Of a stretch of 64,000 bases of DNA, positions 51,736 to 64,000 are shown one piece after another. How positions within the stretch are numbered: position 1 is the first letter of the stretch; each line of letters starts with the position of its first letter. The translations under genes and the position numbers were made by a program. Under the pieces are notes generated by a model that did no database searches, was not told the origin of the DNA, and saw only the letters and a list, made by a program, of their open reading frames with translations. Source of the stretch: an uncultured Candidatus Rokubacteria bacterium (GTDB taxonomy: Bacteria > Methylomirabilota > Methylomirabilia > Rokubacteriales > DASRDR01); contig CAVPSB010000025.1 in NCBI GenBank assembly GCA_963708025.1, forward strand, positions 192,001 to 256,000. The letters run 5' to 3'.

Positions 51736-54700
51736 ATGCAGTGCCTCCGGCTGCCAGCACGAGAATCTCCACGGACCAGAAGTTCTGCGGGAACTGTGGC
51801 ACTCACCTCGTGGCCCCCTGCGTCGCGTGTGGGGCGCCGAATCCGGCCGGGCCGGAAGTTCTGCGGGGACTGTGGTGCGCCCCTCGGCCCGACCCCTCCA
51901 GGCCAGAAGTTCGGCTCGCCGGACGCGTATACCCCCAAGTACCTGGCCGAGAAGATCCTCACCTCGCGGAGCGCCCTGGAAGGCGAGCGCAAGCAGGTCA
52001 CGGTGCTCTTTGCCGACGTCGCGGGCTTCACGTCGCTCTCGGAACGGCTCGACCCGGAGGACGTCCACGGGCTGATGACCCGGGCCTTCGAGCTGATGCT
52101 GGCGGAGGTCCACCGCTACGAGGGGACCGTCAATCAGTTCCTCGGCGACGGGATCATGGCGCTGTTCGGCGCCCCGATCGCTCACGAGGACCACGCCCGC
52201 CGCGCGGTGCAGGCGGCGCTCGCCATCCGGCGGACCCTGGACGCCTACCGGGACGACCTCGAGCGCGAGCGCGGCATCCGCCTTCGGGTGCGCCAGGGCC
52301 TCAACACCGGTCTGGTCGTCGTCGGCAGCATCGGCAGCGACCTGCGCATGGACTACACCGCCGTCGGCGACACGACCAACGTGGCCGCGCGACTCCTGCA
52401 GGCGGCCGAGCCGGGCGGATCGTCGTCTCCGAGGCCGTCCACCGTCTGGTCGAGGGCTTCTTCCACACGCGATCGCTCGGCAACCTGCACGCTCAAGGGC
52501 AAGGCGGAGCCCGTCGGAGCGTGGGAGCTCGTCTCGGCCCGGGAAGCGCGGAGCCGACTCGACGTCGAGGCCGAGCGCGGCCTGACCGCCCTGGTCGGGC
52601 GCGAGCGCGAGCTGGCCGCGCTCACGGACTGCTTCGAGAGGGCCCGCGCGGGCCAGGGGCAGATGGTCTTCGTCGTCGGCGAGCCCGGGATCGGGAAGTC
52701 CCGCCTGGTGTACGAGCTGCGTCGGCGCATCGGCGACCAGGCCGCCTGGCTCGAAGGGCGTTGCGTCTCGTTCGGCCAGTCCATCGCCTTCCATCCGCTG
52801 ATCGACCTGCTGCGCCGGAAGTTCGGGATCGAGGACGGCGACGACGAGGCGACCGTCATCGGCAAGATCGAGGGCGGGATCCTGCCGCTGGGCGACGACC
52901 TGCGGCCAATCCTCCCCTACGTCCGCTACCTCCTGGCCGTCGACCCCGGCGACGCCGCCGTGTCCAGCATGGATTCCCAGGAGCGTCGGGGGGAGCTGTT
53001 CTACGCCCTGCGCCGACTCCTTCTCCGCGAGGCAGAGCGCCGGCCACAGGTGATGGTCTACGAGGACCTCCACTGGACGGACAAGGCCACGGAAGAGTTT
53101 CTCGCCCTGGTCGCCGACAGTCTGCCGGCCAGCCCCGTTCTCCTCGTCCTCACCTACCGCACCGGCTATTCACATCCGTTTGGCGAGCGGAGCTATCAGA
53201 CCCGCGTCGCGCCCGGCGCGCTGTCGACCGGGGACAGCGTGGCGATGGCCCGCGCGATGCTCGCGGCCGAGCGCCTGCCCGACGGCCTGCAGGCGCTCAT
53301 CGCGCGCAAGGCGGAAGGCAACCCGTTCTTCGTCGAGGAGCTGGTCAAGTCGCTCCGGGAAGCGGGCAGCATCCGGCCGGCCGGCGACGGCTGGGTGCTG
53401 ACGCAGCGACTCGAGGAGCTCATCGTGCCCGAGACGATCCAGGACGTGATCGCGGCGCGGATCGATCGCCTTCCGGAGGCGCCGAAACGAGCGCTCCAGG
53501 CCGCCTCGGCGATCGGTCGGGGGTTCAGCCGTCGGCTCCTCGATCGGATCGTCGAGCGCCGGCGCGCGTACCGAGACACTGCTGCGGGACCTCACCGCGC
53601 TCGAGCTGATCTACGAGAAGCGGGTCTTCCCGGAGTTCGAGTACACCTTCAAGCACGCCCTCACGCAGGAAGTCGCGTACGGCTCGCTCCTGGTTCAGCG
53701 CCGGAAGGAGCTCCATCGACTGATCGCCGTGACGATCGAAGACCTGTACGGGGACCGGCTGGCCGAGCAGTACGAGGTCCTGGCGCACCACTTCGAGAAG
53801 GCCGAGGCCTGGGACAAGGCGCTCGAGTACCTCATGCAGGGCGGCCGACAAGGCGGCCCGGGCGTTCGCCACGCGAGACGCCCTCGCGCTGTACGACGCC
53901 GCCGAGACGATGGCCGATCGCCTGCGCGACGGCGTGCCGGCGGACACCCGGATGGCCATCCACCGGGGGCGGGCGGAGCTCTACGTCCTCGTGAGCGACT
54001 TCGACCGCGCGCGGGCCGAGTGGGAAGAGGTGCTCCGGCAGGCCCGCCGGACCGGTGATCGCCAGGCCGAAGGCGGAGCCCTGGTGGCGATGGGGCAGGC
54101 GTCCTGGTTGGGCCACCACTTCGATCAGTCCCTCGAGGACTCCCGTCAGGCGGCCGAGATCGCCGAGGCCATCGGCGCCCCGTCGATCCTGGCCGGCAGC
54201 CTGCTGAACGAGGCGATCGTCTACGAGGTGACCGGCGAGGTGACCGGCCGTCTCGCCGAGGCCCGGACGAAGTTCGACCAGGCGCTCGTTCTCAGCCGTC
54301 AGGCCAACGACGTGGTCAACGAGGCCAGCGGCGCTGGTCTTCGGCGCCGAGCTCGAGGGCTGGGAAGGTCACTACGCGCGGGCGGCACAGCTCTACGACG
54401 AGGGGATCCGACTCGGCCGAGCCCATAACGTCCTCGTCCCGGTTCTCGAGGGCATGTTCATGTCGGGCGTCAACTTCACGGGCCAGGGCGCTTATGACCG
54501 CGCGCTGGACATCCTCGAGGACGGCCTGGCGCTGGCTGAGCGCGTTGGGGACGGGAACTACACACCGCGCTACCTCAACTCGCTGGGCTGGCTTCACATG
54601 GAGTGCGGGGACCTGGACCGGGGCCGTGATCTCAACCAGCGCGCGGCCGAAGGCGGCCGAAAGCGTGGCGATCACGAGTCGTTCGCCAACGCCGAGCTGA

Positions 54701-55253
54701 ACCTCGGCGACATCGCGCTGCTGAACGGCGACCTCGCGTTGGCCCGGGACTACCTCGAGGGAGTGCATCGCCTCGTCGAGGACCCGGCGACCAGCGAGTG
54801 GATGCGCTGGCGCTACTCGATCCACCTCTTCGCGAGCCTCGGGGAGCTGGCGCTCGCGCGCGGAGACCTCGCCGGGGCGCGCGAGCACGCGGACGAGTGC
54901 CTGGAGCGAGCCACCCGGACGCGGTCGCGGAAGTACCTCGTGAAGGGATGGCGGCTGCGCGGGGAGATCGCGAAGGCCCGCCGGAACTGGGAGGACGCCG
55001 ACCGGCGCCCTACGCGAGGCCATCGCCGTAGCCGAGTTCATCGGCAACCCGACCCAGCTCTGGAAGACCCACATGGCGGTCGGAGAACTCCATTCGGAAC
55101 GCAAGACGCCAGAAGCAGCCCGGCAGGCATATCGAGGCCGCGCGCAACGTCATCGAGCGAATCAAGTCGGGCCTTCACAACCCGGGACTCCGCGCAAGCC
55201 TCGAGAGTGCTCCACTCATCCGACGGGTATACGAGCTCACGGCGCCGGCTTAG
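51736..55253 (+). CDS. Class III adenylate/guanylate cyclase with zinc ribbons, AAA ATPase and TPR (frameshifts)
   Basis: KFCG.CG; VTVLFADV; GDTTNVAARL; GEPGIGKSRL; FKHALTQE. Confidence 0.9.
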
Positions 55254-55284
55254 GCGCCGCGTGGCGCTCGGAGCCAGCAACAAC

Positions 55285-55737
55285 CTAGATACCTCTTTCC
55301 CGCCGCCAGCGCTTGATCCATCCCGTGTGCTCTGCTTCGTGGAAGCTGCGTAGACCCGCTTCGCCGTACAGCGAACCATCCAGTCCTCGTGGCGTCGCGG
55401 ACGAGATCGCGTCGAGCAGTCTCTGCCTCGATGTCGCCAGCTCCCACCTCACCTGGTCGAGCGACAGGGCGAGCCGCAGGGAGTGTCCCAGTGCGTTGTA
55501 GGCGGCATCTTGATCGTGCGTCATGCGCCAGGCCGAGCCGTGGCCGGCGGAGATGCGCACCACCTCGCTCGCCCGGATGTCATCCCAGAGTGCGAGGTGC
55601 GCCAGGTGGTTCTTGACCGACCAGCCATCGAGCGACGGTTCGGTCATCAGCTCGTCGCTGAGACCGTGGATGGCGGAGAGCAGCTCCTCCCGCATCTGCC
55701 GGTAGTGCTGGAGCAACGCGTCCCGATCCTCGGCCAT
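55285..55737 (-). CDS. DinB-like protein
   Basis: WSVKNHLAHL; HEAEH. Confidence 0.75.
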   Translation of the reverse strand: MAEDRDALLQHYRQMREELLSAIHGLSDELMTEPSLDGWSVKNHLAHLALWDDIRASEVVRISAGHGSAWRMTHDQDAAYNALGHSLRLALSLDQVRWELATSRQRLLDAISSATPRGLDGSLYGEAGLRSFHEAEHTGWIKRWRRERGI

Positions 55738-55783
55738 GCCTCCCTCCTATCAACCGACCGGTCGGGCCAGAGGCGCGACCCCG

Positions 55784-58768
55784 TTACCCGGGCCGAAGCG
55801 GCAGCGTGAAGGTGAACGTGGACCCCTGGCCCACCTGGCTCCGGACCCCGATCCGTCCCCCGTGCAGCTCGACGAACTTCCGGGCCAGCGTCAGGCCGAG
55901 CCCGGTGCCCTCGACCTTCCGGGCGTCGTCGCGGCCCACCTGGCGGAACTCCTCGAAGACCGCCTCCTGGTCCTCCGGGGCGATCCCGATCCCCGTGTCG
56001 CTGACGGAGATCGCGACGAAGCCGTCGGTCGCCGTGGCGGCGACGGAGATCCGTCCGCCTTCCGGGGTGAACTTCACGGCATTGGAGAGGAGGTTCAGGA
56101 GGATCTGCCGAACCTTCCGCTCGTCACCGACGATCTCGCCCAGGCGCTCGTCCACGCTCACCTCGAGGGCGATGCCGTGGCGGCTCGCCCGCTCCCGGAC
56201 CAGGGTCAGCGCCTGGTGGAGGGCAGTCGGGCAGGTCGAATGGCCCCAGCTCCAGCTCGAGCCGTCCGGCCTCCACCTTGGAGAGGTCGAGGATGTCGTT
56301 GATCAGCGAGAGGAGATGCCGGCCGGAGGCCAGGACGTCCTGGAGGTACTCGGCCTGCTTCTCGTTCACGTCCCCGAACAGCTGCTCGGCGAGCACCTCG
56401 GAGAAGCCGATGATCGCGTTCAGCGGCGTGCGCAGCTCGTGGGACATGTTCGCGAGGAACTCCGACTTGTGGCGGCTCGCGGCCTCGAGCTGCTGGCTCT
56501 TGTCCGCGATCTCCTGGAAGAGCCGCGCGTTCTGGATGGCCAGGACCGACTGGGTCGCGAAGGTCTGGAGGAGGTTCACGACCTCCGGGGCGAAGCTGCC
56601 CGGCTCCTGGCGCCAGACCGAGAGCACGCCGACGATCCGCTGCTCGAAGAGGAGCGGAACGGCCAGCAGCGACCGGTACCCTCGCCGCGCGAAGACGGCG
56701 CGGAACCGCGCGACGTCGTACGTCCGCTCGTCCAGGACGTCCGGGACCTGCACGGGGGCCCGGAGGGCCGCGGCCTTTCCAGTCGCGCCTTCTCCCAGAC
56801 GGGTCGGCGCCGCCCGGAGCACCTCGCCCAGCTCTTCGTCGAGACGGTGCGCGCCCCTGATCTGGTGGAATTCCTGCTTCGTCTCGTCGTACTCGTAGAT
56901 GAGCCCGCCGTCGGCGGCGGAGAGCTGCGCGGCCCGCGCGACGATGGTGTTGAGCACCGTCTCCAGGTCCAGGGTCGAGCTGACCGCTCGGCTGACCTCC
57001 CCGAGCGCCTTCAGCTCCTCGACCGATCGCCCCAGCTCGTGCGTGCGGGCCTGCAGCTCCGTGAAGAGCCGCACGTTCTCGATGGCGATGACGGCCTGGT
57101 CGGCGAAGGTCTTCACCAGCTCGATCTGCTTCTCGGAAAACGGCCGGGGCTCGGCTCGCGAGACCGCGATGGCCCCGATGGGCGCTCCCCGCTGGAGCAT
57201 CGGCACCACCAGAAGGCTGCGCTGTCTCCCGGCCTGGGCAATCTCCACGAGCCGGTACTCGGGATCCAGGGCGACATCGGGCACGTTGATGACCGCCCGA
57301 TCCAGGACCGCCCGAGCGGCCAGGCTGCCTCGGTCCGGCGGCCGCGGCCACGTGTGCCGGGCCATCTCCAGCGCCTCCGGTGCCCAGTTGTAGTGACCCA
57401 CGAAGTGCATCAGCTCTCCGTCGAAACGGAAGACCCCGCAGTAGATCCCGTCGCAGAGGCGCGTCGCGCTCTCCGCGATGCTGTCGAAGACCGGTTGGAC
57501 GTGGGTTGGCGAGCGGCTGATGACGCGCAGGATCTCGGCCGTCGCCGTCTGCTGCTCCAGCGACTCCGTCAGCTCGGCGTTCCGCGCTCTGCAGCTCCTG
57601 GAACAGCCGCACGTTCTCGATGGCGATGACGGCCTGCGTGGCAAAGGTCTGCAGGAGGCCGATCTGACGGTCCGTGAAGGGACGTACCTGCCGGCGGTAC
57701 ACGGAGAGGGCGCCAACGAGCCGTCCCTCCTTCAGCAAGGGGACCATCAGAAGCGTTCGCATGCCCTCGAGCTCGACAACCGCTCGACGCAGCGGGTCGC
57801 CTTCGGCGAAGGCCGCGTCCGCGAGCACATCGTCGATGTGCACCGGGCGGAGCTCTTGGAGGACCCGGGCCAGGGCCGTGTGCGGCCCGGGCCGGATGGG
57901 AGCGCGCCGGTGGTGCTCGACGAGCGCCGACTCGGCGCCCCGGAAGGCGGCGGCGTGGTAGGCCTCGCCGTCGAAGAGGAACAGTCCGCCGCGTTGCGCC
58001 TCGCACAGCCGCGTGGCGTTGTCGAGGATCGTGTCGAACACGGGCTGGACGTCGGTCGGCGAGCTCGAGATGACGCCCAGGATCTCGGCGGTGGCCGTCT
58101 GCTGCTCCAGCGCCTCGGTCAGCTCGCGGTTTCGAGCCTCCAGCTCCTGGAACAGCCGCACGCTCTCGATGGCGATCACGGCTTGATCGGCGAAGCTCGT
58201 CACGAGCTCGATCTGCTCGTCGGTGAAGGGCCGAACGTCGGTCCGCCGGATCACGATCACGCCGATGACGGCGCCCTCCCTGAGCATCGGCACTGCCAGG
58301 ATCGTCCGGATCTCGTCGCCCCGCTCACCCGCGGCCCACCGGTACTCGGGGTCGGCGAGCACGTCGTGGATGTGGACGGCCCGGCGCTCGAGGATGGCTC
58401 GACCGGATGCAGACTCTCGACCGGGACGGATGGGATAGCGCACGATGACTTCAAGGAACTCGGGAGACGCTCCGCAGGCGGCCACCCCGAGATAGAGCTC
58501 CCCGTCCTGCGCGTGAGATGCTCCCCTTGTCGGCGCCGCACAGCCGGACCGCGCTCTCGACCAGGCTCTGCAGCACCGACTGGAGATCGAACGCCGATCG
58601 GCTGATGGTCCTGAGGACGTCGCCGGTCGCCGCCTGCTGCTCGTGGGCCTCCGCCAGGCGCTTCTCGAGCTGGCGACGTCTGGAGGCCTCGCTCTTCAGG
58701 GACATGCGGAGGCCGGCGACCAGCTCGGCGTCACCCCTGGCCTTCGCGGGCTTCGCACCTCGACGCAT
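55784..58768 (-). CDS. Multi-GAF sensor histidine kinase (frameshifts)
   Basis: Repeated [33 protein letters not shown]. Confidence 0.9.
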
Positions 58769-58964
58769 CGGCCCTCCTGCAACACCGGCGCCACCACCGC
58801 GCGGCGATCGACGACAGGCTACGCGAAGGGCCCCCGGGGGGCAAGCGGCCGCCGCCGGTGGCTGGGCCGGGACCCCCGTCTACAACGGCGGGACGGAGGG
58901 TGCTATGCTGCCGTCCGAACGAGCCTTCCGGGAACCCCCCATCCACGGCGAGGAGGACACGGCG

Positions 58965-60570
58965 GTGACCAAGACCATGCGGTGGCTCATCCCTGCGGCG
59001 CTCGCGGCGGTCCTGGCGCTGGCGCTCCTGCCCTCCGGGCAGGCCCAGCCGAAGGACGTCACCATGACGTACATCGAGGGCCAGCCGGTCACGACCATCG
59101 ACCCGGCCAAGCACACCGACGAGAGCGCGCATCACGCCGTCATCAACATGTACGACCCGCTCCTCTACCCGAAGGTGGCCGAGAACTCGATGGAGCCGGG
59201 CCCCCACGTCGCCGAGTCCTGGAAGATCACGGACGGCGCGAAGGTCTACACCTTCCAGATCCGGAAGGGCATCCGCTTCCAGGACGGCCGCGAGCTGACC
59301 GCCGACGACGTGGTCTTCTCGCTCCAGCGGATGCTGGCCCTGAAGAAGGGCTTCTCCTGGCTCTGGAACGGGGTCCTCACCGGGGAGCAGGTGCGGGCGA
59401 CCGGGCCCAACACCGTCGTCTTCACCCTGAGCCAGCCGTACGCCCCGTTCCTCGCCACCATGACCCAGCTCTTCATCGTCAACAAGGAGCAGGTGCTGGC
59501 CAACAAGAAGCCCGGCGCCTACGGGAGCTTCGGCGACCACGGCGAGGCGTGGATGGGCGACCACGTCGCGGGGTCGGGGCCCTACATGCTCGAGTCCTGG
59601 GACCATGCCACGACCCTCGTCATGAAGGCGTTCCCCGGGTACTGGCGCGGCTGGAAGCCCAACCAGGTGACCCGGGTGACCTACCGCACGGTGACGGAGG
59701 AGGCGACGATGCGGACGCTCCTCCTCTCCGGCCAGGCGGACATGATCGACCAGTGGCGGCTGCCCGACCACGTTCGAGCAGCTCGCCAAGACCCCGGGGA
59801 TCGTGGTGGACGAGAAGCCGAGCGCCCAGCTCTACCACATCGAGCTCAACACCCAGAAGCCGCCCCTGACCGACCCGCGGGTGCGGAAGGCGATCGCGCT
59901 CGCCTTCGACTACAAGACGGCCATCACGCAGATCTTCCGCGGCGCGGCGCCGGCCCGGGGCCCGGTGCCGGTCCGGGTCTACGGCCACGCCGACGCCGTC
60001 CAGCCCTACGCGCAGGACGTCGAGCAGGCCAAGCGCGAGCTGGCCGCGGCGGGGGTCAAGCCCGGGACGGTCACGCTCGCCTACTACTTCCCCTCGGGGA
60101 ACGAGCCCGGCCGCCAGGTGGGGCTCCTCTTCCAGGCGAACCTCGCCGCCGTCGGGATCAAGCTGGAGCTCCGCGAGACGCCGTGGGCCCAGATCGTCCA
60201 GGCCTCGGCCTCGGCCGAGACGAACCCCGACGTGTGCTCGATCTTCGACACGCTCAAGTACCCGCACCCCGACAGCCACACCTACGGCATGTACCACCCG
60301 AGCGCGTGGGGGAGCTACCGGACCATCAGCCGCTACAAGGACGACGAGGTGACGAAGGTCCTCGAGCAGGCCCGGGCGACGGCCGAGCGCGAGCCCCAGC
60401 TCGCCCTCTACCGGAAGTCGCAGGAGCTGGTCGTCAAGGACTACCCGAGCCTCTACGTCGCGAACCCCGTGCACCGGATCGCCTTCCGGGACTACGTGAA
60501 GGGCTACCGCTACGTCGGCCTCCTCGGCTACGACGTGGCGTTCTACGACTTCACGATCGAGAAGAAGTAG
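58965..60570 (+). CDS. Peptide ABC substrate-binding protein (frameshift ~59768)
   Basis: YTFQIRKGIRFQDG; GSGPY; VRKAIALAFD. Confidence 0.9.
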
Positions 60571-60600
60571 CGCGCCGCCGGCCCCCGGGGTGGGGCAGGG

Positions 60601-61605
60601 ATGGGCTCCCGCGACTACCTGCTGCGGCGGATCGCCCAGCTCGTCCCCACCCTCCTCGGGCTCCTCGTCCTGATCTTCCTGATCGCCCGGGTCATGCCGG
60701 GCGATCCGGTGCGGCTGGCCCTCGGGCCGGAGGCGACCCGGGAGCAGATCGAGACGTACCGCCGCCAGCTCGGGCTCGACCAGCCGCTCCCCGTCCAGTT
60801 CGTCCGCTACCTGGGCGGGCTGGCTCGCGGCGACTTCGGCGAGTCCATCCGCACCTACCGGGACGTGCGGCTGGACATCCGCGACTTCCTGCCGGCGACG
60901 GTGGAGCTGGTGCTGGCCGCGCTCGGGCTGGCGATCGTGGTCGGGGTGCCGCTCGGCGTGCTCTCGGCCGTCTACCGCGACACCTGGGTGGACAACCTGA
61001 CGCGCATGGTGGCCATCCCGGGGGTCGCGCTGCCGCGCTTCTGGGTGGGGATCGTGCTCCAGGTCGGGCTCGCCTACCAGCTCGGGCTCTTCCCCCTGGT
61101 CGGCCGCGCCGACCGCCCGCCGCGGGGGCTCACCGGGATGTACCTGGTGGACGCGGCGCTGACTTGGGACGGCGCCGCCCTGCTCGACAGCGCGCTCCAC
61201 CTGGCGCTGCCCGCGTTCACGCTCGCGCTCCCGACCCTCGCCCAGCTCGCGCGGCTCACGCGCGCCAGCATGATCGACGTCTTCCGCCGCCAGTACATGC
61301 TGGTCCACCAGGCCTTCGGGATCCCGCCCGCCCGCCGGATCCTGCGCTACGGCCTCCGGAACGGCCTGACCTCGGTGCTGACCCTGGTCGGCATGACGTA
61401 CGGTGCCCTCATCGAGAACGCGTTCCTGGTGGAGGTGGTCTTCGGCTGGCCCGGCATCTCCGCCTACGGCGCGGCCGCCGTCATCGCCAAGGACTTCAAC
61501 GCCGTCGTGGGCGTCACGCTCGTGATCGGGCTCTCCTTCCTCCTCGCCAACCTGCTCGTGGACGTGGCCTATGGCCTGGCCGACCCCCGGGTCCGCCGCC
61601 GCTGA
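60601..61605 (+). CDS. Peptide ABC permease, DppB-like
   Basis: MPGDP; LGLDQP; EVVFGWPG. Confidence 0.92.
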   Translation: MGSRDYLLRRIAQLVPTLLGLLVLIFLIARVMPGDPVRLALGPEATREQIETYRRQLGLDQPLPVQFVRYLGGLARGDFGESIRTYRDVRLDIRDFLPATVELVLAALGLAIVVGVPLGVLSAVYRDTWVDNLTRMVAIPGVALPRFWVGIVLQVGLAYQLGLFPLVGRADRPPRGLTGMYLVDAALTWDGAALLDSALHLALPAFTLALPTLAQLARLTRASMIDVFRRQYMLVHQAFGIPPARRILRYGLRNGLTSVLTLVGMTYGALIENAFLVEVVFGWPGISAYGAAAVIAKDFNAVVGVTLVIGLSFLLANLLVDVAYGLADPRVRRR

Positions 61606-62506
61606 GCCGGTCGCCGGGGTGCCGGCGCCGGGGGCCGGTGTGGCGGCGTCGCGCGCGCGCCGCCGGGTCGGGGGCCGGCCGCTCCGGCGGCTTCTCCGGA
61701 ACCCGCTGTCGGTCGCGGGCGGGGTGGTCGTCCTCGTCCTGCTGGTGGCCGCGGTGGCGCCGGGCTGGATCGCGCCGTTCCCCGAGGACGCGGGGCCGAG
61801 CGTCCACTTCGACCGGACCTTCCAGCCACCCGGGTCGCGCCACTGGTTCGGCACCGACGAGGTCGGGCGCGACGTCTTCAGCCGGGCTGTCTTCGGCGCC
61901 CGCGTGTCGCTGACCCTCGCCGTCGTGGTGCTGGGGACCGCGCTCGCGGTCGGCGTGCCGCTCGGGCTCTACGCCGGCTACCGCGAGGGGGCGCGGACGA
62001 GCGGCTGGGTCATGCGGGTGACCGACGTCTTCCTGTCGGTCCCCCCGCTCGCGCTGGCCCTGGCCGCGGCCGCCGCCGTCAAGCCCGACCTCACCGGCGC
62101 CGCCATCGCCATCAGCTTCACCTGGTGGCCCTGGTACGCGCGGCTCGTCTACGGGGAGGTGCTCGTCCGGCGGGAGGAGCCCTACGTCGAGGCGGCCCGC
62201 GCCCTCGGCCAGGGCGACGCCCGCATCGCCGTCCGGCAGATCCTGCCCAACCTGTTGTCGCCGGTGGTCGTGAAGACGACCCTCGACGTGTCGTTCGTCA
62301 TCCTGCTCGGCTCCGGCCTCTCGTTCCTGGGGGTCGGCGCCCAGGAGCCCACCCCCGACTGGGGCGCCATGGTCGCCCGCGGCCGCACGTTCCTCCCCGG
62401 CTACTGGTGGCTCTCCACCATGCCGGGGCTCGTCATCTTCGTCGCCGTCCTCGGCTTCAACCTCCTCGGCGACGCCCTCCGCGACGCCCTCGACGTCTGG
62501 GACTGA
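61571..62506 (+). CDS. Peptide ABC permease, DppC-like (start uncertain)
   Basis: HWFGTDEVGRD; FNLLGDALRD. Confidence 0.9.
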   Translation: MAWPTPGSAAAEPVAGVPAPGAGVAASRARRRVGGRPLRRLLRNPLSVAGGVVVLVLLVAAVAPGWIAPFPEDAGPSVHFDRTFQPPGSRHWFGTDEVGRDVFSRAVFGARVSLTLAVVVLGTALAVGVPLGLYAGYREGARTSGWVMRVTDVFLSVPPLALALAAAAAVKPDLTGAAIAISFTWWPWYARLVYGEVLVRREEPYVEAARALGQGDARIAVRQILPNLLSPVVVKTTLDVSFVILLGSGLSFLGVGAQEPTPDWGAMVARGRTFLPGYWWLSTMPGLVIFVAVLGFNLLGDALRDALDVWD

Positions 62507-62546
62507 CGCTGGCTCGTCCGACGGGCTACAAAACGCTCGCTCTGAA

Positions 62547-62586
62547 CATACCCAGGACGGGGTTTATCATACCCACCGTGGGAATG
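62547..62586. promoter_or_regulatory. Tandem imperfect palindromic operators
   Basis: CATACCCAggacGGGGTT and CATACCCAccgTGGGAATG, the second overlapping the start codon. Confidence 0.5.
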
Positions 62587-63212
62587 AAGCAAGCGTCGCG
62601 GAGAGGATCATCCGAGGACTCCGTCGCCGGGCCTGGCCGACGCGCTGTTCGCCAAGGTGCAGCAGCGCGTACTGGGGGTGCTCTTCGGCAATCCTCGGCG
62701 GAGCTTCTACGCCAACGAGGTCATCGGCCTGGCCCGCTCCGGTACCGGCGCCGTGCAGCGAGAGCTGGCCCGGCTGGAGGCATCCGGGCCTCGTGACCGT
62801 GACCCGCGTCGGCAAGCAGAAGCACTACCAGGCGAATGCCGGCTCGCCGGTGTTCGAGGAGCTGCGAGCGCTGGTGCTCAAGACGGTCGGGCTGGCCGAC
62901 GTGCTGCGCGCGGCGCTGGCGCCGGTCTCGCGAAGCATCCGCGCGGCGTTCGTCTACGGGTCGATCGCAAAAGGCCAGGACACCGCCGCGAGCGACATCG
63001 ATCTGATGGTGGTCACCGACCGCCTGACCTATGCGGATCTGTTCGCTGCCCTGGAAGAGGCCTCCGCGCGACTCGGACGGAAGGTCGCTCCCACGATCTA
63101 TTCGCCGAAGGAGCTGTCCAAGCGCGTGAAGCAGGACAATGCGTTCGTGACGCGGGTGCTGGCGCAGCCCAAGCTGTGGCTGATCGGCGACGAGAGTGCC
63201 CTCGCCGCTTGA
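62584..63212 (+). CDS. wHTH plus minimal nucleotidyltransferase antitoxin (frameshifts)
   Basis: GAVQRELARL; YGSIAKG...SDIDL. Confidence 0.85.
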
Positions 63213-63789
63213 GAACCTGTGCGGGCCGGACAAACCCTTGCGCAAGGAGGCGCCGGACGCGAAGGAGCTTGCCGGCCTCGAGCGGTCCGGTCTCACGCGA
63301 CTAGCCGATGCGCAGAAGCAGGCAAATTCCCTGGAGAGTCGATTCGATCTCGCCTACAACGCGGCGCACGCGCTAGGCCTCGCGGGGTTGCGCCGCTCGG
63401 GGTATCGCGCCACGAACCGATACATCGTGTTTCAGGTGCTTCCGCACACGCTCGGTGTCGGCCCTGAAGTGTGGCGGGTGCTTGCCCGGTGCCATGAGCT
63501 CCGCAATCGCGGAGAGTACGAGGGCGATCTGTACGTGGACGTGCGCCTGCTTACCGACCTGATCGATGCGTGTGTGCTTCCCATCCGGCGGCGGGACGAA
63601 GGCGCCGATTGGCGTCAGCATCGAGGAGTTCCACGTCGCGCGTCCGAGTGCTTCCCATCCGGCGGAGATGATGGCGAGCCGATTGGCGTGAGCATTTCCA
63701 TAGAGTTCCGCATCGCCGCCACCTTCGTGGCGCAAGGGCCGGGCCCGACGTTTCCGACTGGACAAGTGAGGGAGTGCATGGTCACCTGA
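63196..63789 (+). CDS. HEPN-like toxin partner; C-terminus after ~63575 looks unrelated
   Basis: FDLAYNAAH; HELRNRGEYEG. Confidence 0.7.
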   Translation: MPSPLENLCGPDKPLRKEAPDAKELAGLERSGLTRLADAQKQANSLESRFDLAYNAAHALGLAGLRRSGYRATNRYIVFQVLPHTLGVGPEVWRVLARCHELRNRGEYEGDLYVDVRLLTDLIDACVLPIRRRDEGADWRQHRGVPRRASECFPSGGDDGEPIGVSISIEFRIAATFVAQGPGPTFPTGQVRECMVT

Positions 63790-64000
63790 AGGGATGCGGC
63801 GCTATCACCCCGAGGCCGCGTCGCGGCTGACGCCATGACCGGGGTCGTGCCCGAGGACTCCAGAGGACGCCACATGCCCCAGGCGCCGTGGATCTCCCGC
63901 CGAGCGGGGGCTTTCGCCCTCGCCGGCCTCCTCGTCCTGCCCTGGCCGGCTGCGAGCAGAAGGCGCCGCCCGCGTTCGAGCGGCCGCCGGCGCCCGTCAC

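Noticed and set aside
54224-54248. 12-bp in-frame duplication (EVTG x2)
   Set aside because: Trivial slippage event

Overview
Very GC-rich bacterial DNA. The gene repertoire resembles Candidatus Rokubacteria (inference), and many single-base frameshifts suggest a long-read consensus. Bases 1-28.9 kb and 47-62.5 kb hold uptake, catabolic and signalling genes: sugar and peptide ABC systems, two TRAP systems, Gfo/Idh/MocA, SDR and LLM oxidoreductases, cupins with a CocE/NonD hydrolase, a fused hydantoinase/oxoprolinase, an AAA/TPR adenylate cyclase and a multi-GAF kinase. Bases 28.9-47 kb are a decaying defence/accessory island: toxin-antitoxin modules, a DUF429 nuclease, an AddB/AddA-like pair, two broken HNH nucleases and a DUF222-HNH gene. 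Four observations stand out. (1) A Crp/Fnr regulator has an NtcA-identical recognition helix (RVTVTR) and sits next to a mirror pair of GTA-N8-TAC-N22/23-TAN3T promoters, one facing a TRAP operon and one running antisense into the regulator's own gene. (2) An integron remnant: attC, an ABC substrate-binding gene and a divergent intI fragment. (3) A mosaic at 43.7-44.6 kb built from diverged fragments of genes found elsewhere in the window, plus an IS256 fragment without ends inserted flush in an HNH gene. (4) Repeated toxin loss with antitoxin retention. Family names come from motif recognition, not database searches.
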